Shown: positions 19,279-27,794, numbered from the stretch's first letter. The stretch: DNA of 34,873 nt from Candidatus Moraniibacteriota bacterium (GCA_023229615.1 JALNYX010000004.1:1-34873); one strand, 5' to 3'. Notes: a model not told the origin generated them from the letters alone. Translations and numbers: made by a program.

Positions 19279-20340
19279 ATGGAAATAGAAATATCCGCTT
19301 CGGGCGGAAAAAAATCAAAAGAAAATCAAGAAGAGTGTAAAAAAGATAACAATGCTTCTGAATTGCGTCAGGATTTGGTGACAGGAGATTGGGTGGTGAT
19401 TGCGACAGGAAGAGCCAAGCGTCCGGAAGATTTTTCCAAGAATGTCCGCCAAACTTCTGATGATGATGTGAGTAAATGTCTTTTTTGTGACCCGGAAAAA
19501 ACTGGACAGGAAAAAGACGTGCTGATTTATCGTCAAGATGATGGGCAGTGGACACTGCGAGTTTTTCCAAATAAATATCCAGCCTTTTCTTATGCCTGTT
19601 CCCCTGAGTCTTTGTCAGAAGGTCCGTATTTTGCAATGACCGGATTTGGATATCATGAAGTTCTTGTGACGCGAGATCACAGACGGCATATGGCGCTTTT
19701 GAATGAAATGGAAATTGCCGAGGTTTTCGATGCTTATCAAGACCGTTATCTCTCCTTGATGAAGGAAAAAAATGTAAATTATATCAGTATTTTCCACAAT
19801 CACGGAAAAGAAGCGGGAGCATCAATCGCTCATCCTCATTCACAATTAATGGCGATTCCGGCTATTTCTCCTTATGTGAAATCGGAATTGGATGGAGCGG
19901 AAAATTATTTTCGTTCGAATGGAAATTTTGTTTATGGAATAATGGTGGAATATGAAAGTCAGGAAAAAACCCGAGTGATTTTTGAAAACGACCGGTTTAT
20001 TGCATTTTGCCCTTTTTCAAGTCGCGCCGCATTTGAAGTTTGGGTGATGCCGAAATATCAGCAACCTTATTTTGAAAGAACCAATAACGAAGATAAGTTG
20101 AAATTAGCTGAGGTTTTCAAAAAGGCTATGCAAGGAATATATGAAGCGTTGAAAGACCCGGCGTATAATTTTTATATTCATACTGCTCCGTGTGATGGAC
20201 GAGATTATCCTTCATATCGTTGGCATATTGAAATTTTGCCACATACGGCAAATTGGGCGGGATTTGAATTAGAGACCGGAATTGAAATTTCCACCATTCA
20301 ACCGGAAGTGGCGGCGGAATATATAAGAAAACAATTTTAA
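19279..20340 (+). CDS. galT: galactose-1-phosphate uridylyltransferase family (GalT/HIT superfamily)
   Basis: ELRQDLVTGDWVVIATGRAKRP, CLFC, RVFPNKYPA, GYHEV, NHGKEAGASIAHPHSQ, WHIEILP, AGFELETG. Confidence 0.88.
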   Translation: MEIEISASGGKKSKENQEECKKDNNASELRQDLVTGDWVVIATGRAKRPEDFSKNVRQTSDDDVSKCLFCDPEKTGQEKDVLIYRQDDGQWTLRVFPNKYPAFSYACSPESLSEGPYFAMTGFGYHEVLVTRDHRRHMALLNEMEIAEVFDAYQDRYLSLMKEKNVNYISIFHNHGKEAGASIAHPHSQLMAIPAISPYVKSELDGAENYFRSNGNFVYGIMVEYESQEKTRVIFENDRFIAFCPFSSRAAFEVWVMPKYQQPYFERTNNEDKLKLAEVFKKAMQGIYEALKDPAYNFYIHTAPCDGRDYPSYRWHIEILPHTANWAGFELETGIEISTIQPEVAAEYIRKQF

Positions 20341-20348
20341 TTTTAAAT

Positions 20349-20969
20349 ATGATTGCAGAAATTATTTCATTTTTAGCGCAGTTTATAATTTGGGGGATTG
20401 ATTATTTGGGTTATTCCGGAGTGGCTTTGATGATGGCGATTGAATCCGCTTGTATTCCGCTTCCATCTGAAATTATTATGCCATTTTCCGGATACTTGGT
20501 GTCAATTGGAGAATTCTCTTTGTGGGGTGTTTCTTTTGCTGGAGCAATTGGGTGCGTAATTGGAAGTGCGGTGGCTTATTGGGTGGGTTATTACGGAGGA
20601 AGACCAGCAGCGGAAAAATATGGAAAATATATTTTGGTTACGCGCCACGATTTGGATATTGCGGATAATTTTTTCAAAAAATATGGAAATACTGCGGTAT
20701 TTATTTCCCGGATGCTTCCGGTGGTACGAACTTTCATTTCACTTCCAGCAGGAATTGCCAAGATGAATTTTCCCAAGTTTATTGCGTACACTTTTGCCGG
20801 ATCGTTGCCATTTTGCTATATTTTGGCGTATATCGGAAAAGAGTTGGGTGATAATTGGGATACGCTCGGAGTGTATTTTCACAAATTTGATGCAATAATA
20901 GGCATATTGATTGTGGTTGGAATTGTTTGGTTTGTACGTCGGCATATAAATATAAAAAATCTCGCGTAA
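20349..20969 (+). CDS. dedA: DedA-family membrane protein
   Basis: ESACIPLPSEIIMPFSG, FISRMLPVVRTFISLPAG. Confidence 0.92.
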   Translation: MIAEIISFLAQFIIWGIDYLGYSGVALMMAIESACIPLPSEIIMPFSGYLVSIGEFSLWGVSFAGAIGCVIGSAVAYWVGYYGGRPAAEKYGKYILVTRHDLDIADNFFKKYGNTAVFISRMLPVVRTFISLPAGIAKMNFPKFIAYTFAGSLPFCYILAYIGKELGDNWDTLGVYFHKFDAIIGILIVVGIVWFVRRHINIKNLA

Positions 20970-20974
20970 ATAAT

Positions 20975-21748
20975 ATGACTACAAAAATAATAGTTGGAAA
21001 TTTGAAGATGAATCTCATAACCCTCTCCGAAAGAGATGGTTATTTGAAATTGTTAAAAAGCGAGATTAAAAAACTGAAAAATGACGGGAGTTGGGAATTG
21101 ATTTTGTGTGTTCCTTTTGTGCATTTGGATTTTTTTTCCAAAAATCTGAAAGGAAAAAATATCTACTTGGGAGTGCAAAATATTTTTTGGGATGAGCGAG
21201 GTTCGTTTACGGGAGAAATTTCTCCGGTTATGGCAAGAGAATGTGGGGCGAAATATTCGATTGTCGGACACAGCGAAAGGCGGAGATATTTCAAGGAAAA
21301 TGATCAGGAAGTGAATAAAAAAATAAAAGTAGCGATTCAAAGTCAAATAACCCCGATTATGTGTATCGGAGAAACTTCTGATGAAAGAAAAGAGGGGCTA
21401 ACCAAGGATGTTATTTCTCGTCAATTATTGGATGGACTTGAAGGAATTTTGCCATTGCAGTCGGAAAAAATAATTATTGCATATGAACCTGTTTGGTCAG
21501 TAGGTTCTGACATTGAACCTGAAAGCAATGAAATAATGGAAGTACGGATACTTGTTCGCAAGCTTTTGACTCAAAAATACGGGGAAGCGGTTGCTGGAAA
21601 AGTGAAAGTTTTATATGGAGGATCGGTGAAATCAAAATTGATAAAAAAGGTTTGTTTTAATCCGCAAATGGATGGAGTGCTTGTTGGAAGAGAGAGTTTG
21701 GTGCCGGTTAATTTGATCGAGATAGTTCAAAGTTTTTCTCAATGTTAA
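20975..21748 (+). CDS. tpiA: triosephosphate isomerase (divergent phosphate-binding loops)
   Basis: GNLKMN, GSFTGEISP, VGHSERR, CIGET, AYEPVW, LYGGSV. Start at ATG 20975. Confidence 0.92.
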   Translation: MTTKIIVGNLKMNLITLSERDGYLKLLKSEIKKLKNDGSWELILCVPFVHLDFFSKNLKGKNIYLGVQNIFWDERGSFTGEISPVMARECGAKYSIVGHSERRRYFKENDQEVNKKIKVAIQSQITPIMCIGETSDERKEGLTKDVISRQLLDGLEGILPLQSEKIIIAYEPVWSVGSDIEPESNEIMEVRILVRKLLTQKYGEAVAGKVKVLYGGSVKSKLIKKVCFNPQMDGVLVGRESLVPVNLIEIVQSFSQC

Positions 21749-21770
21749 AAATAAAATAAAAAATAAAAAT

Positions 21771-22643
21771 ATGATTGTTGGAGTAAATGAAATTTTGAGA
21801 AAAGCCAAAGAAGGCGGATATGCTGTCGGAGCTTTTAATGTTGTGAATATGGAAACTGTTCAGGCGATTTTGCAAGCCGCATCAGAAGCTCGTTCTCCTG
21901 TGATACTTCAAGTGACGGAAAAAACAATGGATTATGCAGGAGGAAGGAATATTTTTCAGATTATCAAGAATACAGCTGAATTTTATTATAGTGAAGTTCC
22001 GGTAGGAATTCATTTGGATCATGGAAAAAGTTTTGAGGTTGTTCAGCGGGCGGTAGAAATTGGTTTTGATTCTGTGATGTATGACGGGTCGCGAAGGGAA
22101 TATGAAGACAATTTGGCTATGACAAAAAAAGTTGTGGATTTCTGCCAGAAAAATGCATCAGGGGGAGTGAGCGTTCAGGCTGAGTTGGGGAGTGTTCCAT
22201 ATCTTGGGGAAGTTGATATGAATGATATTGAAGGGGAGAAATATATGACTGATCCGGGACAGGCTGAGGAATTTGTGAGAGAAACCGGAATTTCCGCTTT
22301 GGCAGTGGCAATTGGAAATGCTCATGGATTTGCCAAGGAACGCAAGGAGCCGGATTATGCGCGATTGGAAATGATTAACAAGGTGGTGAATGTTCCTTTG
22401 ATTTTGCACGGAGCTTCTGATTGGGAAAATGGGAAAGTAAAAGAGGTTATTAAGCGAGGAATTTGTTGTTTCAATGTGGATACTGCCACCAGAATGGCGT
22501 TTATCAATAATATTATGCTGGCGATAAAAGATGAGGGTGGAGGTTCGTTTGATATGCGTCGGCTTTTGGGAAATGCCAGGGAGGCGATTAAGGAGGTTGT
22601 GAAAACTAAAATGAAATATTTCGGAAGTGATGGAAAGATATAA
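21771..22643 (+). CDS. fba: class II fructose-bisphosphate aldolase
   Basis: YAVGAFN, HLDHG, SVMYDGS, AELG, AVAIGNAHG, LILHGAS, NVDT. Confidence 0.92.
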   Translation: MIVGVNEILRKAKEGGYAVGAFNVVNMETVQAILQAASEARSPVILQVTEKTMDYAGGRNIFQIIKNTAEFYYSEVPVGIHLDHGKSFEVVQRAVEIGFDSVMYDGSRREYEDNLAMTKKVVDFCQKNASGGVSVQAELGSVPYLGEVDMNDIEGEKYMTDPGQAEEFVRETGISALAVAIGNAHGFAKERKEPDYARLEMINKVVNVPLILHGASDWENGKVKEVIKRGICCFNVDTATRMAFINNIMLAIKDEGGGSFDMRRLLGNAREAIKEVVKTKMKYFGSDGKI

Positions 22644-22658
22644 GTATAATTTTAATAT

Positions 22659-22883
22659 ATGTGTTTGGCATATCCTGGGAAAATTAAAAATGTAAAAGGA
22701 AAGACCGCCGAAGTGGATTTTGGCGGTATTTTAAAAGAGGTTAATATTTCTCTGATTGATGCTAAGAAGGGGGATTATGTCATTGTTCATGCCGGATTTG
22801 CGATTGAGGTTATGAGTGAAAAGGAGGGATTGATTGGTCAAAAAATGTTTAAGTTGGAAAAAAATGATACAGGGATTGATTGA
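22659..22883 (+). CDS. hypC: hydrogenase assembly chaperone HypC
   Basis: MCLAYPG, AEVDFGG, GDYVIVHAGFA. Confidence 0.95.
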   Translation: MCLAYPGKIKNVKGKTAEVDFGGILKEVNISLIDAKKGDYVIVHAGFAIEVMSEKEGLIGQKMFKLEKNDTGID

Positions 22884-23901
22884 AGAAATTCAAAAAATAG
22901 CAAGAGAAATCGGCAGAAAGGTGAATTTGATGGAGGTTTGTGGGACGCATACGCAGGCGATTAGCCGAAGTGGTATCCGCGGAATTTTGCCGAAAAATAT
23001 CAACTTGATTACCGGACCGGGATGTCCGGTTTGTGTTACGGCGCAAAAGGATATTGATGCGATCGTGAGTTTGGCGCTGGCGGGAATTCCAGTGGCGACT
23101 TATGGCGATATGTTGAGAGTGCCGGGAAGGTTTGGAAGTTTGAATGAGGCGCGCGAAAAAGGGGCCGCGGTTTTTGATGTTTATTCGACCGAAGACGCTT
23201 TGAAATTGCAAGAAAAACATCAGGATTTGGTTTTTTTTGGACTAGGATTTGACACAACGGCGCCGATGACAGCGTGGGCGATCAAAAAAGGATTAACAAC
23301 ATATTCTACACACAAAACTTTTCTTCCGGCGATGAAAGCTTTACTCGAGATGGGAGAAATAAAAATAGATGGATTTATTGATCCCGGGCACGTAAGCGCG
23401 ATAATCGGAAGTGAACCGTATGAAGTTCTCGACACGGCGCAGGTGATAACCGGATTTGAGGTGCAAGATATTTTGAAAGGAATTTTGATGTTACTGAGTC
23501 AAATAAAAGATGAGAGAAAAGATGTCGAAAATCAATATTCCAGAGTAGTGAAAAAGAATGGAAATAAAAAAGCGCGCGATTTGATTTTTGAGGTTTTTGA
23601 AATTGGGGATGGGGATTGGCGCGGGTTTGGAATAATTCCCGGATCGGGATTGGAAATAAAAAATGAATTTTCAAAATATGACGCGAAGAAAAAATACAAA
23701 AATATCCTGGATAAAATTGATTTTGAAAAATCAAAAGACCCCGTTGGTTGTGCGTGCGGAGAGGTGATCCGGGGCTTGAAAACGCCAGAAAAATGCCCGA
23801 TGTTCGGAAAAAGATGCACCCCGGAAAATCCGGTCGGACCGTGTATGGTATCAATCGAAGGCGCTTGTAATAATTTTTTCAAAGAAAATAAAAAATTATG
23901 A
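22864..23901 (+). CDS. hypD: hydrogenase maturation protein HypD
   Basis: MEVCGTH, GPGCPVCV, GFDTT, PGHVS, C-terminal Fe-S Cys cluster CACGE...CPMFG.RCTP..PVGPCMVSIEGAC. Start at ATG 22864. Confidence 0.96.
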   Translation: MIQGLIEEIQKIAREIGRKVNLMEVCGTHTQAISRSGIRGILPKNINLITGPGCPVCVTAQKDIDAIVSLALAGIPVATYGDMLRVPGRFGSLNEAREKGAAVFDVYSTEDALKLQEKHQDLVFFGLGFDTTAPMTAWAIKKGLTTYSTHKTFLPAMKALLEMGEIKIDGFIDPGHVSAIIGSEPYEVLDTAQVITGFEVQDILKGILMLLSQIKDERKDVENQYSRVVKKNGNKKARDLIFEVFEIGDGDWRGFGIIPGSGLEIKNEFSKYDAKKKYKNILDKIDFEKSKDPVGCACGEVIRGLKTPEKCPMFGKRCTPENPVGPCMVSIEGACNNFFKENKKL

Positions 23902-24929
23902 AAAATGAAAATATTACTTTGGATGAAGGCGGGGGTGGGTATAAATCAGGGGAGTTGATTTCCGGGATTCGGAAGATTTTGGGTGTGGCAGGAAAAAATA
24001 AAAAGTGGAAAAATTGCGAGGATGATGGCGCGGTGTTTTCGCTGGGCAGGGAAAAATTGGTATTTACGACGGATGCATATATCGTTGATCCGATATTTTT
24101 TCCAGGCGGAGATATTGGGAAAATCGCGATGAGCGGTACAATTAATGATCTTTCGGTGATGGGCGCGCGTCCGATTGGAATTTCGCTTAGCATCGTGATG
24201 GAAGAAGGTTTTCCCAAAAGCGATCTGGAAAAAATAATCCGATCGATTGCGACGGTTTCCAAAGAATCGGGCGTGCCGGTAGTAACGGGCGATACGAAAG
24301 TGACGGAGAAGGGGAAAATAGACAAGATTGAAATAACCACGGCCGGAGTGGGTTTGGCGGAAAATGTTATTTCAAATAACGGGGTAAAACCCGGGGATTT
24401 CATCATAGCCAGTGGGGATTTGGGCGAGCATGCGGTGGCACTTCTGGCGAAAAGGTTTAATTATAAAACGAGAATAAAAAGCGACAGCAAACCGCTTGAC
24501 AAGGAAATTGAAAAAGTCGGAAAGTGGCTGAGTGCCTGTAAGGACCCAACACGCGGAGGATTGGCGGCGATATTGAATGAAATGGCGGAAAAATCCCGCG
24601 TGAAAATTATTCTTGACGAGGAAACTTTGCCATACAAAAAAGAGGTGGTGGCGGTGACGGAACTTTTGGGCTTGGATATTTTTTCACTGGCAAGTGAAGG
24701 AAGATTCGTCGCTAGCGTTTTGCCGGAAAATGTGGAGAAAGTTTTAAAAATATTGAAAAAGTTCAATCCGGAAGCGAAAATTATCGGAAGGGCAGAAAAT
24801 GGGAAGAAAAAGGGAGATAAAAGGGAAGAAGAAAAAAAGGGAAAACCTGGCGTTTATTTGAAAACTAATCTCGGAAGTCTGCGTCCGATCGAAATGCCGA
24901 AAGGGAAGTTAGTGCCGAGAATTTGCTAG
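23898..24929 (+). CDS. hypE: carbamoyl dehydratase HypE
   Basis: FTTDAYIVDPIFFPGGDIG, GTINDL, VTGDTKV, DPTRGG, ASEG, C-terminal PRIC. Confidence 0.96.
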   Translation: MKNENITLDEGGGGYKSGELISGIRKILGVAGKNKKWKNCEDDGAVFSLGREKLVFTTDAYIVDPIFFPGGDIGKIAMSGTINDLSVMGARPIGISLSIVMEEGFPKSDLEKIIRSIATVSKESGVPVVTGDTKVTEKGKIDKIEITTAGVGLAENVISNNGVKPGDFIIASGDLGEHAVALLAKRFNYKTRIKSDSKPLDKEIEKVGKWLSACKDPTRGGLAAILNEMAEKSRVKIILDEETLPYKKEVVAVTELLGLDIFSLASEGRFVASVLPENVEKVLKILKKFNPEAKIIGRAENGKKKGDKREEEKKGKPGVYLKTNLGSLRPIEMPKGKLVPRIC

Positions 24930-25002
24930 ATATTATTTTTAGTGCTAGTATTTTTTTAGTTGTTTCTGTGGGCTAAAAAATACAAAATAGAGGAGGTATC
25001 AA

Positions 25003-25275
25003 ATGTATTTTAATTGGGTTGATTTCGTAGCTCTTTGGTTAGGTAGGGGTATTATTTATGCGTCTTTGGCAGTTTTTATATATTTATCTCTGTATTGGGC
25101 GTATATTGATTTTTTTCGAAAAAGACCATATTGTCCGAAATGTGGTTCGCGAAAATTGGCGACGGTCTGTGGAAATTCTTCAGGAGGTTATAGGTGTGCG
25201 GATTGTAGTACTCATTATTGGTGGATAAGTGGATTGTGGTGGAGAGGAAAAAGCACACTTCAAAAACCCAAGTAA
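25003..25275 (+). CDS. small membrane-anchored zinc-ribbon hypothetical protein
   Basis: RBS GAGGAGG; hydrophobic N-terminal helix then CPKC-x14-CADC. Confidence 0.6.
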   Translation: MYFNWVDFVALWLGRGIIYASLAVFIYLSLYWAYIDFFRKRPYCPKCGSRKLATVCGNSSGGYRCADCSTHYWWISGLWWRGKSTLQKPK

Positions 25276-26528
25276 TAAACAATTTGCCCAAAACTTATTC
25301 CGGCGTCGCCTCGGGGGATGGTCGGTGTTTCCGAAATGGAGATGCCGGCTTTTTTATTTTGTTTGGAGAAATATTGCGAGATTATTTTGTTATTGGAAAT
25401 TCCGCCAGAGATGACGATGGGTTGTGATTTGGCGGCGGAATTTTTTTCTTGATTCATAATTCTTGATTCATAATTCCTGATTATTTCTTCCAATCCTTCG
25501 GCGATGTAAAGTTGCGCGGTGGCGGCGAGGCGTTTTTTGTCTTTGTTTATGTTTTTAATCAGGTATTCAAATAAAAAAGTTGTATTTAAAATTGAATTGT
25601 TTTTTATAATATTGATTTTCGGTTTTAGATCCGTGTATGGCGCGGAAGAATTAATTTCCAATAGATGTGTTGCCTGATGTTTTGATTTTCTTTCATTTTT
25701 GCAAAAACCCAAAAGCAATGACACGGCGTCCAAAATCCTGCCCGTGCCGGAAGTTTCTATACAGTTGAAATTTTGCTCAAGTTGGTTATATAAAAGTTCA
25801 AACTGATTTCGCGAGTAATATTTTTTAACGAAGTGAAATATGAAATCTTTTTTGTTTTTAAATTTATAAATTTTGTCATTGTTTGAAAATTTAAAATTGA
25901 AAATTGAAAATTTATCCAAAATTGATATCAATATTCTCGCCGGTTCCCGAATCGCCAATTCCCCTCCAATCATCGTTTGATTTTCGAGATGCCCGATTCT
26001 TTCAATCCGCATTTTTTGTTTGGAAATTGGAAATTTGGAATTGGAAATTTGAAATATTTCTCCGCCCCAAATTTTCCCGTCTGTTCCGAGTCCGGTTCCA
26101 TCTAAAACGATACCATAAAAATAATTTTTAATTTGGTTATTTGAATTTGAAAATTGTTTGGAAATTGGAAATTGGAAATTGGAAATTCTCATATTTTTTC
26201 CCAGCTGGGAAAAAATATGAGCTATGTGGTGCTGGACTTGGATGTGTTTCGCTTTGTATTTTTTGGAAAGTTCGATTCCCAGTCGCGTGGTTTTGAAATC
26301 CGGATGCAGGTCAGTTAGGATGATATCCGGTTGTATTTTTTCATTTTTAAGATATTTATTTAATTCTGTTTTGTATTTATTAAAATTCACTTCTTCCAGG
26401 AGGTCGCTGAAGTCTTTGGAGGAATATATTTTCCCATTTTGAAAAATTGAAAAATTCCCGGCGGATTCGGCACCGAGGGCGAGGATGGTTTTTTCCGATT
26501 GGATGTTCGGAGCGCTGAATGTTTGCAT
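25260..26528 (-). CDS. hypF: truncated carbamoyltransferase HypF (Kae1-like C-terminal domains only) with in-frame repeat insertions
   Basis: ILALGAE, DLHPDF, VQHHIAH, LDGTGLGTDGKIWGGE, GGELAIREP, TSGTGRILDAVS, SGG, PRGDAGISFGQ. No acylphosphatase, zinc-finger or YrdC segments. Confidence 0.88.
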   Translation of the reverse strand: MQTFSAPNIQSEKTILALGAESAGNFSIFQNGKIYSSKDFSDLLEEVNFNKYKTELNKYLKNEKIQPDIILTDLHPDFKTTRLGIELSKKYKAKHIQVQHHIAHIFSQLGKNMRISNFQFPISKQFSNSNNQIKNYFYGIVLDGTGLGTDGKIWGGEIFQISNSKFPISKQKMRIERIGHLENQTMIGGELAIREPARILISILDKFSIFNFKFSNNDKIYKFKNKKDFIFHFVKKYYSRNQFELLYNQLEQNFNCIETSGTGRILDAVSLLLGFCKNERKSKHQATHLLEINSSAPYTDLKPKINIIKNNSILNTTFLFEYLIKNINKDKKRLAATAQLYIAEGLEEIIRNYESRIMNQEKNSAAKSQPIVISGGISNNKIISQYFSKQNKKAGISISETPTIPRGDAGISFGQIVYYLGF

Positions 26529-26593
26529 AAGTTTGCGGAGGTCAAATCTCCATATTTTGGATATTTTAAGTATATCAGTATTTTTTCCAATTT

Positions 26594-26715
26594 AAAAAGC
26601 CCTCAATTCAAGACGGCTCATGAATCCCGTTTAAGATAATATCGGAAAAAAATAAATTTTTTCCCTGGTAATCCAGGTGGGTTTCAACGTTTTTACCGCC
26701 TATCCTGAAGGCTTT
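26594..26715 (-). ncRNA. candidate structured ncRNA (~120 nt; 6S-like rod or cis-regulatory leader of hypF)
   Basis: On the minus strand: closing stem AAAGCCUUCA/UGAGGGCUUU, stem AGGCGGU/GCCGUCU, stem UGAAACCC/GGGAUUCA, hairpins CCUGG-AUUA-CCAGG and GGAAAAAA/UUUUUUCC. Starts at the predicted TSS of an adjacent promoter and ends in a U run. Confidence 0.55.
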
Positions 26716-26721
26716 GCTTCT

Positions 26722-26750
26722 AGTATACCGCAATTTTTGAAATTTGTCAT
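26722..26750 (-). promoter_or_regulatory. sigma70-type promoter for the ncRNA candidate / hypF
   Basis: Minus strand ATGACA-17 nt-TATACT; predicted +1 near 26715. Confidence 0.6.
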
Positions 26751-26756
26751 AATTAT

Positions 26757-26843
26757 TAGATTTACGCATTTTTATTATTCTGGTATGTTTTCCAAAAAAT
26801 AATAATTTTTTGGAAACCGATATTTATTTAAATGCGCAGGTTA
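26757..26843. repeat. palindromic MITE/REP-like element, short copy
   Basis: TAGATTTACGCATTT...GTTTTCCAAAAAAT-AATA-ATTTTTTGGAAACCGA...AAATGCGCAGGTTA; aligns by eye with 30935-31078. Confidence 0.65.
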
Positions 26844-26907
26844 TAAATAATTTACTTGGTGGAGTTTTTGAGGTAGAATAGGAAAGTAATTCTTCAAAAA
26901 AATAAAA

Positions 26908-27642
26908 ATGAATAAATCAAAGTTGGTATTTTTAGATACAGAGACGACGGGAAACGACTCGGAAGCGCGTCTTTGCCAAGTAGCATATAAATTTGATGGA
27001 AAAGAGGTTGAAGGTTTTTTCAAGCCCCCGATTCCAATTTCCATTGAAGCGATGTCTATTTCTCATATTACCAATAAGATGGTAGCAGATAAAGAATCTT
27101 TTTTCGATTCAAAAATGAAAAAAGATTTGGAAAGGATTTTTTCTGAGGGAAATATTCTAGTGGCTCACAATGCGGATTTTGATTCAAATATACTCAAAAA
27201 TGATGGGGTAATTATTGGAAAGAAAATTGATACTGTAAAAATTGCCCAGTATTTGGATGAGAAAGGGGATATTCCGCGATACAGCTTGCAATATTTGCGA
27301 TATTATTTCGATCTTGATCTTGATCCAAAAAATGCTCCGGCGCACAATGCGTTGGGAGATATCCGCGTTTTGGAAAAACTTTTTGATTACCTTTTTGAAA
27401 AGATGGAGGAAAATCTCATTAGTGAAGAGGAGGTTTTGGAAAAAATGCTGGAGATTTCCGCTTTGCCGGTTTTGATGAAAAAATTTGGGTTCGGAAAATA
27501 TAAGGGGGAAAAAGTGGAAGATGTTTATCAGAAAGATCCAGGATATTTGAAGTGGCTTTGGGAGCAAAAGAAAAAAGCCCAACAGCAAGGAGAGGAAAAT
27601 GATGAAAATTGGATTTATACTTTGGGATATTATTTAAAGTAG
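26908..27642 (+). CDS. DEDDh 3'-5' exonuclease, ExoX-like, with C-terminal FGKYKG domain
   Basis: FLDTETTG (ExoI), VAHNADFD (ExoII), AHNALGD (ExoIII), FGFGKYKGEK....DPGYLKWL. Confidence 0.88.
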   Translation: MNKSKLVFLDTETTGNDSEARLCQVAYKFDGKEVEGFFKPPIPISIEAMSISHITNKMVADKESFFDSKMKKDLERIFSEGNILVAHNADFDSNILKNDGVIIGKKIDTVKIAQYLDEKGDIPRYSLQYLRYYFDLDLDPKNAPAHNALGDIRVLEKLFDYLFEKMEENLISEEEVLEKMLEISALPVLMKKFGFGKYKGEKVEDVYQKDPGYLKWLWEQKKKAQQQGEENDENWIYTLGYYLK

Positions 27643-27679
27643 GTTTTATTGGGGGGGTATTATTTTGCAGTTAAAAAGC

Positions 27680-27708
27680 TTGACAAAAGGGTGGGTTTTG
27701 TTTATGAT
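27680..27708 (+). promoter_or_regulatory. sigma70-type promoter for the VPLPA-CTERM gene
   Basis: TTGACA-17 nt-TATGAT. Confidence 0.7.
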
Positions 27709-27794
27709 TGCTGGCAGTAATGAGTCGCGCCTAGAGGAGGCGCTTATAGTTGTTTCAAAAAAATAGGAGGCAGATGCCTCCAAGGAGCGAGAAA

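Noticed and set aside
25218-25427. Small + strand ORFs 25218-25427 and 25229-25414
   Set aside because: They overlap both the zinc-ribbon ORF and the conserved hypF C-terminus on the opposite strand and show no motif.
25260-26528. hypF as a pseudogene
   Set aside because: The frame is open for 422 codons despite four repeat tracts, and the Kae1-domain motifs are retained. It is kept as a CDS, though activity is unproven.
26594-26715. tRNA, SRP RNA or FMN riboswitch identity for the structured RNA
   Set aside because: No cloverleaf or TTCRA T-loop and no SRP helix-8 motif. Only a superficial CUUCAGG/GGCGGU resemblance to FMN without the remaining conserved segments.
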